Shown: positions 52,152 through 64,000 of the stretch, piece after piece
How positions within the stretch are numbered: position 1 is the stretch's first letter
How the letters are laid out: each line of letters opens with the position of its first letter
From: Octopus vulgaris
Taxonomy: Eukaryota
DNA: 64,000 nucleotides
Direction of reading: 5' to 3'
NCBI GenBank assembly: GCA_951406725.2
Contig: OX597833.1
Coordinates: 29,326,001-29,390,000 of the forward strand
Position numbers and translations under genes: made by a program
Notes under the pieces: model-generated
What the model was told of the DNA's origin: nothing
The model's database searches: none
Seen by the model: the letters and a program-made list of their open reading frames with translations, nothing else

Positions 52152-53280
52152 AAGACAGAAAACAGGCAGTTGTGAGCAATGGAGCCACCTCCAAGGAAAC
52201 GCAAATAACAAGCGGTGTCCCACAGGGCACTGTCTTGGGGCCACTGATGTTCATAGTGGCCCTTTCAGACATGCCTTCAGTTGCTACGATGACCACCCTT
52301 GCTAGCTATGCAGATGACACAAAAGTCTCCCACACAATACAAAACCCTGAAAATATTGCGCATCTGCAATATACAGGTGGGCTGAGGACAACAACATGCA
52401 GTTTAATGCAGGTAAGTTCCAGGCCCTGCGCTACTGGCACACAAAGGTAAATGACGTGAAGACTGGATACACTGGCCCAGGAAGAATTGCAATCCCTGAG
52501 TCAAAATCAGTGCGTGACCTGGGCATTGACATGAGCAATGATGCATCTTTCCAAATGCATATTGCTAATCTGGTGATAAAATGCAGACGGCTAGCTGGAT
52601 GGATTCTCCGAACTTTCAGAACAAGAGAGAAGGAGACACTGATGGTCCTATGGAAAACATTCGTCCTCAGCCGCTTGGACTACTGCTCCCAACTTTGGTC
52701 ACCACACAATATAAAACTAACAGCAGAACTCGAAGCAATTCAGAGAAGCTACACAAAGAAAATCGTCTCAATGCAAAATATCAGCTACTGGGAAAGACTG
52801 AAGGTATTAAACCTCTTCTCCCTAGAGCGGAGGCGGGAGAGATATGCAGCGATATACATCTGGAAAATCCTGGAGGGTCTTGTCCCAAACTTTGGCATTC
52901 AAAGTTACTCCAACCGCAGAACGGGGTGCCGCTGCGTGGTGCCAAGGATTCCAACATCACCATCAAAATACAGGTCCAGATACTGCAACAGCTTGGGTTT
53001 CAGAGGACCACAGCTCTTTAACATCCTCCCTAAATGCCTGAGAGACTTACATGGTGTGGATGTGAGTTTCTTTAAAACTAAACTGGATCTCTTCTTGTTG
53101 GGAGTCCCAGATGAACCTACCTCATGACAGGAGACGCGGATGCGGGCAGTAGCATCGAACTCCCTTGTTGATCAAGTGCCACGTATCAGAGGTGGATTCA
53201 CAAACTAGTGTAGCTCATTCAGCGGTGGTGCCCCAGCATGGCCGCGGCCTTTGGGCTAAAACATTTTTAAGGATTTAAGG
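52149..53280 (+). mobile_element. CR1-clade LINE 3' fragment
   Basis: [58 protein letters not shown]; small inverted fragment at 53322-53490. Confidence 0.88.
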
Positions 53281-53323
<43 letters not shown>

Positions 53324-53509
53324 CTGTTTGTTTTATATTGTGTGGTGACCACAGTTGGGAGCAGTAGTCCAAGCGGCTGAGGACGAATGTTTTCCATAGG
53401 ACAGTCAGTGTCTCCCTCTCTCTTGTTCTGAAAGTTCGGAGAATCCATCCAGCCAGCCGTCTGCATTTTATCACCAGATTAGCAATATGATATATATACA
53501 TATATATAA

Positions 53510-54821
<1,312 letters not shown>

Positions 54822-54822
54822 C

Positions 54823-54966
<144 letters not shown>

Positions 54967-54986
54967 ATGTATATATATATACACAC

Positions 54987-55020
<34 letters not shown>

Positions 55021-56469
55021 AAACGCCATCTGATGCATGAGAGAGTTCGATGCAGCTGCCCTCATCTGCACCTCCTGCCGTGAAGTTGGTTCATCCGGGA
55101 CACCTGACAGGAAGAGGTCCAGTCCTACTTTAAAGACATCCGCATCTACACCATGCAGGTCCCTCAGGTTCTTTGGGAGGATATTGAAGAGCTGTGGGCC
55201 TCTGAAGCCCAGGCTATCACAATATCTTGTCCTACATCTTGATGGCAAATTTGGAGTCCTTGGTACTACGCAGTGGCGCCCGGTTCTGGCATTTGTGTGA
55301 CTCTCGATGCCAAAGTTTGGGACAAGTCCTTCCAGGATATTCTAGATATATATTATGGCATATCTTTCTCGCCTACGCTCCAGGGAATAGAGCTTTAATC
55401 TCTTGAGTCTTTCCCAGTAGCTCATATGCTGCACAGAGGCTATCTTCTTCGTGTAGCTTCGTTGGATCGCCTCAAGTTCTGTGATCATCTTGACACTGGA
55501 TGGTGACCATAGTTGAGAGCAATAGTCAAAGTGGCTTAGGACAAGTGTCTTCCAGAGGACCATCATGGTTTCTTGTTCTCTTGTTCTAAAGGTTCTGAGA
55601 ATCCATCCAGCCAGCCGTCTACATTTCATTGCCAGTTTAGCAACATGTACATGAAAGGTCGCGTCATCACTCATGTGAATATCCAAGTCACGCACTGATT
55701 GTGCGTCTGGGATTGCAATCCCTCCGGGTCCAGTGTATTCATTGGGTATTGCATTCAGTTTTGCATGCTGATAGTATAAAGCTTGAAACTTTTCAGCATT
55801 GAACTGCATGCTATTCTTTTCAGCCCACTTGTATTTTTTGTCCAGCTCATATTGCAGGTGCTTAGTGTCTTCAGGGTTCTGTATTGCCCGTGAAACTTTT
55901 GTATCATCTGCATAACTTGTGATCGTGGCTCTCTGCGTGGCTGAGGGCATGTCTGAGAGGGCTATTATGAACAGTAGTGGTCCCAAAACAGTGCCCTGCG
56001 GACACCGCTCACTATTTGCATGTTAATGGAAGTGGCCCCATTGGCTGTTACCACCTGACTTCTATTCTTCAGAAAGTCATGAAGCCATCCTCCCAATTTT
56101 CCAACTATGCCAAGATCACGCAGTTTGTGACATATCATTCCGTGATCGACTTTATCAAAGGCCTTTGGAAAGTCGAGATATATGACTTCCACATTTGAGT
56201 GGTTGAGCAGTTGTTTCAGCACCCAGTCATAGTGTTGTAGGAGCCGAGTTAAGCAGCTTCTTCCTGGTCGGAAACCATGTTGGGTGTCAGGCAGCAAGTC
56301 ATTTTCTTCAAGGAAGGTGATTAGTTTCCTTCTGACTATTCGTTCCATGACCTTGCTGATGTGTGAGTTTAGGGAGATAGGTCTGTAGTTCTTGGCCTCC
56401 GCTCTGCTACCTCCTTTATGAATAGGGCATATTTTACCTTCCTTCAGTTTACTTGGAAGTTTGCCAGTT
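55021..56469 (-). mobile_element. CR1-clade LINE RT fragment
   Basis: [48 protein letters not shown]. Confidence 0.9.
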
Positions 56470-56498
56470 GTATGTATATATATATATATATATAGTTG

Positions 56499-56539
<41 letters not shown>

Positions 56540-56674
56540 ATGTATATATATATATGTATATATGTATATATATGTATATATGTATATATATGTATGTATA
56601 TGTATGTATATATATATATATATATGTATGTATATATATATATGTATGTATATGTATGTATATATATATACATG

Positions 56675-56772
<98 letters not shown>

Positions 56773-59248
56773 ACCAAAAGATTACATTCGTTGATAAGGA
56801 GAACTCACGTATTCCTAATAAAGAAGTTATCAGTAATCACGTAAGCAGCAATACAGACCAAGCCCGAAATAAAAGTAGAATTAAATTAACGGTAAACGCT
56901 AATCTAACGTACAGGCCCAACAATTCAAATAGAAGCATTGACCAGAACATAGGTAACTCGGATAATATCGAAGTAGATAAACCTAAGATGCACACAAATA
57001 AAAATAAAAATAATGGTAATAAATACAATAACTCCGGTGAGATGAATAGTAATAATTCTACGAACCCTAAATTTAATAAAAAAGATATATTATGGCTGAA
57101 TATTCCTTTCAACTGTGCGATACAATCGGATATACAGAACAAATTCAAAGTAATTCTGGAAAAAAATTTCCCTATCTCTCATAGATATCATAGAATTATT
57201 TCTAGGAAAACAGTTAGGATTTCTTATTCAACCCTCCCAAATATGTCCACTTTAATAGCTAAGATTAATAATAACAACATTAAACTAGCCAGGAAAGATA
57301 GAAATAAAAATAATAATATCAGCATGAATACTAATAGCAATTATAATAATACTACCAACAATAAAAACAGCAATAGTAACTATCAAAACATAGGTGAAAT
57401 TAGTAACCACAGAATGACTAATAACATTAACATTAATAGTAATAATAACAATGCCGATATTAATAGAAGTAATAATGTTAATAATAGAAATAATAGAAAT
57501 AAGGCTAATGGAGAAAATAAGGAGAATGAAAATATCAGTGATATCTATAACAACAATATGCAGTCGGATAAAAAGACTAACAATAATAGTAACATTACCA
57601 ATAATATAAGAAATCATGGTAGGACTTTAGACCTAAATGATGAAACAGAAGGATCAATAAATAATAGCAATACTTTAGATATCAGCACCAACTATAGAAA
57701 TATTAATAACAATAAGGACAACTATACTCATGATAATCAAAATAATAGGAACCTAAGACATCTACCCAAGAATAATCCAAAACCTGAAGTAGTTCCTCCT
57801 GTGTGTAAGTGTAGAATAAAATCAAAATGCCCGGCACCTGGTCTATGCGGGGAAAATAATGTAATCTATAAATGTACCATATCCACGGAGAATAACAAAT
57901 ATTTTTACATTGGATGTACAATTAATTTTCTAGCCAGAGTTAGAAATCACATCTCGTCTTTTAAATTACGTCATAAAGCTGGTACCACCACACTTTCAAA
58001 CAAAATCTGGGAACTCAAAAATAATAATAATAATTATAACCTTAATTGGGAAATAGTTAGGAGAGCAATTCCGTATAAAAATAGCAGGGTTGGTTGCCAA
58101 CTATGCTCCATGGAGACGTATGAAATTCTAAAGCATAGAAAACATAGAAACTTATTGAATAACCATATCGAACTAGGTCAAGTTTGTGTCCACGCTAAAT
58201 TGAAGACTTTAAAATATTTTAAATGATTAGAATATTCGTAACTAGATAGATAGATAGATATAACTTGATTTTTACTAGTATAGCACTGCTTTAAGTAGAT
58301 AACTAAGAGTTCTCACACTACAGTTATCTTTTTCCTTATATCTGCATCAGTTTTTTGAGAACAGGGAAATGAATAGTACTTATACGCTGCTTAATTGAGG
58401 CTTTATTTAATTTCAAACTCATAATTTTAAATCTTAATTTTAAATCTTAATTGTAATTTTTAATTTTAATTCTTAACTTAATCTAATTTAAGTAGCATAA
58501 CTTTAATAAAATAAAATGAGTTACTAAAGCCCCATAATTCTATTTCAAAATTAAATAAATAAGGCTACTCCCTCGGTGATAATATGATTATCTTCATTAT
58601 GATAGACAATTCCCTAACACCTTGTAAATGATCTTATAAGATTTGACCTGTAGTCCGTCAATGTATGAATAATAACGGCAACTCCTTAAGACAGTAAAAT
58701 GAATAAATTAAATAAATAAAATTTAATGACTTTTTGATAAGATTATACTTAGATTTTCCTAATGTATTTTCTTTTGATTTTAGCCTCTGACCCCTAAACC
58801 CCTGACCGTGTTATCTCTTTAGATTCTCTTTAAATTCATAGCTGATTTCAACAGCAATAAATTAGCTGTTTTACTGGTCAAAGAATAATATTCTCCTCTA
58901 GTTCCTAGATGCATGTAAATTAAAACCATACTTGCCGTCTACTAATTCTTCTGTATAACTAGAACCCTCTTTTTTTCTTTTTCTTTTTTCCCTTCTTTCC
59001 CTATTTCTTTCTCTTTTCTCTCTTTTCTTTTTCTTCCTCTTATTCTCTTTTTCCTTTTCTCTTCTCTTTTAGTCCCCCTCCCCCCCCTTTGCTCCCTCCT
59101 CCTTTATTTTCTCTCTTTTCTTTTCTTCCCTTCCCTTTTCTGTTCTTTGCCTCTCTAGAAAGCCCTTCAGCCTTTAAAAGTTAAATAGCTACAGCCTATT
59201 GTAAATAGCAGTAATGTGATTAATGTGGCAAATACCTAATCATATAAC

Positions 59249-59540
59249 AAGAATTGATACCTACCTCATTGTGTTCAACCATTGATAAATTTATCGCCTG
59301 TGAATATGAAATTCCTCTTCATTTCTCTGGAAATTTACATCTACACCATTGGAAATTGTGCATCTATACAAAGGATTAATTCACCCTCTCTGTAATGCTA
59401 ATAAGCAGGAATTGAGACCTACCTCGTTGTGATTAACAATGGATAAATTTGTCGTCTGTGAGTATGTAATCCCTCCTCATATCTCTGGAAATTCATATGT
59501 GCACTATGGATTAGGTCACCTTCTCTGTGATGCTATTAAA
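59249..59540. repeat. ~158-bp tandem duplication in the Penelope 3' UTR
   Basis: gaattga.acctacctc.ttgtg...ctctggaaatt occurs twice. Confidence 0.8.
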
Positions 59541-59685
59541 ACCTTTTTAAAATTCTGTGATAAGACTATACATCATCTTTAAAGAACTTTAATGAACTTT
59601 GGAAATCTGTTTATGTTACTTAATTATCTACATTACCTCATGAGTATAGCCTCAACCACTAGGATGTCTAGAGAACTCACATGTA

Positions 59686-59776
59686 TTTTAGCTGATGAGT
59701 ACGGGACACGTTTATATGCTGTAATTTTTGCAACTTTTAATAAAGCCTGTCCTTGTATGAAACGATTGTACTAAAA
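59686..59776 (+). ncRNA. Type-I hammerhead ribozyme motif in Penelope pLTR
   Basis: ttttag-CTGATGA-gtacgggaca...tgtccttgtat-GAAAC-gatt-GTA-ctaaaa: 6-bp helix I, about 10-bp helix II. Confidence 0.82.
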
Positions 59777-59806
59777 ACCTATCCATTCTTGTTGCTTCTT
59801 TCTCGC

Positions 59807-60168
<362 letters not shown>

Positions 60169-60169
60169 G

Positions 60170-60204
<35 letters not shown>

Positions 60205-60205
60205 G

Positions 60206-60239
<34 letters not shown>

Positions 60240-60779
60240 ACAATGCATAATGTATGTCTGTGGCCTTCTTCAGCCGCGCACAACAGCTTCCACAAGGACA
60301 TGTGTTACATCAAAAATTCTTGGTTGGGGATGCAAATCCTCTCATTTGCGTACAACATAATGCGGCAGCAGCATAGAATTGAAGCGTCCATCTCTTTCTT
60401 CTCTCAATGTAGAATGAGGAAATTTAGATGTTGAAGTAATGTAAATAAATAAATACATATATAGACGTGAGGATGGAGGGGCGAGAATTCAGGACGAGGG
60501 ATAAAAAATGTATAAAAAGTGTAAGTATAGAAAAATATAAAAATGTAGAGCATAAAGATATAAAGAGATATAAGGAGATGTAAAGGGGGTATAAAGAATA
60601 TAAAGAAATATAAAGAAATATAAATAAATGTAAAGGCATAAGGTTATAAAGTAAAAATAGAAATAGAAATAAAAGTAAAAAAACATGATAAAATGTAAAA
60701 AAATATAAAGATAAGGGATGTATAGAGGTTACGGACCAAACATGGTGGTCAGGGGATTGATAAAATTTAGTTGTAGAAG

Positions 60780-61207
60780 TGTCAATAAATCAACAGTTTC
60801 GTCTGGGGACCTAATGTGTTGTAAATCAGAGCTGTTGAGCGTTTAATCTGGTTCTTTGAATTAATTGGTCATCTAGTACATACATACCATCATGGATACA
60901 TACACCCATATACACGCGTACCTATACGCCTCCAAGCCTATAAGCATACACACGCACTCGCGCGTAAACATGTACATGTACGCGCGTGCGTGTGGGTGTG
61001 TGTGTGTTTATGTACATGTTTACGCGCGAGTGCGTGTGTATGCTTATAGGCTTGGAGGCGTATAGGTACGCGTGTATATGGGTGTATGTATCCATAATGG
61101 TATGTATGTACTAGATGACCAATTAATTCAAAGAACCAGATTAAACGCTCAACAGCTCTGATTTACAACACATTAGGTCCCCAGACGAAACTGTTGATTT
61201 ATTGACA
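60780..61207. repeat. Near-perfect 198-bp inverted repeat with 32-nt spacer
   Basis: 60780-60977 versus 61010-61207; one mismatch noticed. Confidence 0.92.
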
Positions 61208-61380
61208 TATGTATATATATATATATGTATATATATATGCATATATATATGTATATATATATGTATATATATATATGTATATATATATATGTATATATAT
61301 ATATGTATATATATATATGTATATATATATGTATGTATATATATATGTATATATATATGTATATATATATGTATATATAT

Positions 61381-61770
61381 ATCATCATCATCATCATCAT
61401 CATCGTTTAACGTCCGTTCTCCATGCTAGCATGGGTTGGACGGTTCGACCGGGGATCTGGGAAGCCAGAAGGCTGCACCAGGCTCCAGTCTTATCTGGCA
61501 ATGTTTCTACAGCTGGATGCCCTTCCTAACGCCAACCACTCCGTGAGTGTAGTGGGTGCTTTTTACGTGCCACCTGCACAGGTGCCAGGCGAGGCTGGCA
61601 ACGGCCACGGTTGGATTGGTGTATTTTATGTGCCACCGGTACGGAAGCCAGTCAAGGCGGCGCTGGCATCGGCCATGAGTCGGATAGTGCTTTTTACGTA
61701 CCACCAGACCAAGGATCCTGGCTGGTTCAATTCGATTTCGCTTTCGCTTGCCCCAACATGTCTTCGCAAT
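61381..61770 (-). mobile_element. RTE 3' tail fragment with (GAT)n
   Basis: Same terminus and repeat module as 1168-2306 and 47821-47970. Confidence 0.75.
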
Positions 61771-62447
61771 TTAAAAGATTAAATTCTAATATGCAAATAA
61801 ATAATGTGAATATTGTGAAATTCACTAGATTTTGGTCATTTGTGTTTACTATACCACTCACCCACTATAACTCTGTTACTATTTTAACTACTTCATAGTC
61901 ATATACCAAGGAAGAGCAAATGGTTTACAAAGACTTGTCTCAAAGGTAAAATAAATACATAAAAGTGTAAGGGTTTTAAACCAAACATGAAAAATTTCTC
62001 TCTATGGTACTACTCTCAATAAAATGAGAATTGTTAAAAGAAACAATGAAAACATGAAATTATAAAAAACAAACAAACAAGCAAAAAAGACAAAAATCTA
62101 ATTTGTTAAAAATACTTAAATGAATAAAAAATATTGTTCCTGAATTAAATATAACTAAGTTGGTAAAATAAACTAAAAAATATCCTGAATATCTCATTTG
62201 ACTGATGAAGTATTTTTGCAAATAAAATTAAGATGTTTCTTTACTCACCTGGCACCACCAGATATAATTCCGGATTTCTGAAATAAGGTCCCATCCAAGG
62301 CAACTGACTTGTGTCTTTCTGTGTATATATATATATGTATATATATATGTGTATATATATATGTATATATATATGTGTATATATATATGTATATATATAT
62401 ATATGTATATATATATGTATTTTGTTTGTTTATTTGTTTTTTTAAAT

Positions 62448-62858
62448 CCAGTTTCAGCTAATGAGCTGTGGCCATGCTGGGGCACCGCCATTTGGTTTGG
62501 TACACGATTTTACCTCACGGATGCTTTTTAGTAAATGCCATCTGATGCATGAGAGAGTTCGATGCAGCTGCCCTCATCTGCACCTCCTGCCGTGAAGTTG
62601 GTTCATCCGGGACACCTGACAGGAAGAGATCCAGTCCTACTTTAAAGACATCCGCATCTACACCATGCAGGTCCCTCAGGTTCTTCGGGAGGATATTGAA
62701 GTGCCGTGGGCCTCTGAAGCCCAGGCTATCACAATATCTTGTCCTACATCTTGATGGCAAATTTGGAGTTCTTGGTACTACGCAGTGGCGTCCGGTTCTG
62801 GCATTTGTGTGACTCTCGATGCCAAAGTCTGGGACAAGACCTTCCAGGATCTTCCAGA
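62448..62858 (-). mobile_element. CR1-clade 3' fragment
   Basis: [28 protein letters not shown] plus the conserved tail. Confidence 0.85.
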
Positions 62859-62948
62859 TATATATATGTGTATATATATATGTATATATATATGTGTATA
62901 TATATATGTATATATATGTATGTGTATATATATATATACATATATATG

Positions 62949-62979
<31 letters not shown>

Positions 62980-63124
62980 GTATATATATATGTGTATATA
63001 TATATGTATATATATATATGTATATATATATATGTATATATATATATGTATATATATGTATATATATACATATGTGTTTATATATATGTATATATATATG
63101 TATATATATATATGTATATTCTTC

Positions 63125-63425
63125 TTTTCCCCCGTCTGTGTTGATAGACAATGGGTCGCGCCAAGGGTGGGGCCTACTTTTGATGATGAGCAGCGTCTGC
63201 TGTGACTGAACAGTCCAATTCTAGAGTGGCAGTCCCTGGTACAGTTGCTGCACACGAACATCGATGGGTACGTGTGGGGTGTTGCTGCAGTTGTCCTCCT
63301 CCTGTCCCGCCTGTCCAACCACAGCTGTGCTCTCCTTTCCTCAGCCATGGAAACGCCTTTCCTCACAGTCCGACGCCAAGCAGAGCGGTCAGCAGCTGTT
63401 ACCTCCCATGTGTCCACACGTCAGG
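63125..63425 (-). mobile_element. RTE C-terminal fragment with zinc finger
   Basis: [15 protein letters not shown]...[23 protein letters not shown]. Confidence 0.8.
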
Positions 63426-63519
63426 ATATGTATATATATATGTATATATGTATATATATATGTATATATATATATATGTATATATATATATGTATATATA
63501 TATATGTATATATATATAT

Positions 63520-63635
63520 GAATAAAAAATGGAGTTAACGCAGGTTTAATCAAGTATTTTTACTTTCGACACATGTTTCGAGAATTCCACTGATACTATT
63601 CAAAAGAATAAATGGTATAAACAATGCAATTTTCT
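63520..63635 (-). repeat. Solo partial pLTR of the 41.2-kb Penelope element (3' half of the hammerhead only)
   Basis: Nearly identical to 41178-41294; flanked by (TA)n. Confidence 0.85.
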
Positions 63636-63676
63636 ATTTATAATATATGTATATATATATATGTATATATATATAA

Positions 63677-63730
<54 letters not shown>

Positions 63731-63732
<2 letters not shown>

Positions 63733-64000
63733 AGTCCATAACCCGTGGCCTTCTACATGGATGGAGCCAGCCTACTTATGCATACCTTCCATTCTTGGGA
63801 CACAAAACTCTACTTGTGAAGACCTGTTGAGGCAAGGTAGGATCAGAATCGAAATCGATCAATGGAAATTGCAGATGTGTTACCAGTGCTGTTGGCATGT
63901 AAGAGAATCTTCCGTTTCGTGACCGTTGCCAGCGCTGCCCCGACTGGCCTCCGTGCCGATGACGCATAAAAGGCACCATCCGTTCGTGGCCGTTGCCAGC
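63731..64000 (+). mobile_element. RTE 3' UTR fragment (runs off the window)
   Basis: Homologous to 47160-47600 (gagtccat..., gaagacctgttgaggcaa, aaaaggcaccatccg). Confidence 0.7.

Noticed and set aside
51001-52296. Long ORFs (431, 350, 331 aa) and similar [12 protein letters not shown] ORFs elsewhere
   Set aside because: Translations of (TA)n/(CA)n microsatellites, sometimes bridging unrelated TE fragments
62515-63417. 300-aa ORF fusing an RTE zinc finger to a CR1 C-terminus
   Set aside because: Chance in-frame read-through across a stop-free TA array

Overview
AT-rich, microsatellite-dense eukaryotic DNA. It is most likely an invertebrate, and the SINE/RTE/Penelope complement resembles octopus (inference). 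I cannot support any host protein-coding gene. The window is a nested set of transposable elements: a near-intact 5.5 kb L1/Tx1-clade LINE with a 17-bp TSD, three related RTE LINEs with a PHD-like finger in ORF2, several CR1-clade fragments, R4/Dong-like fragments, four Penelope-like (GIY-YIG) element remnants, a two-LTR Gypsy-derived element, mariner/Tc1 remnants, piggyBac-like MITEs and tRNA-derived SINEs. The most notable signal is a set of six or more sequence-unrelated type-I hammerhead ribozyme motifs (CUGANGA...GAAAN...NUH with pairable helices). Three lie sense and downstream of Penelope ORFs. Others lie in non-coding fold-back elements next to simple repeats, always pointing outward. 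Most ORFs in the supplied track ([12 protein letters not shown]) are microsatellite artefacts. All structures were folded by eye.
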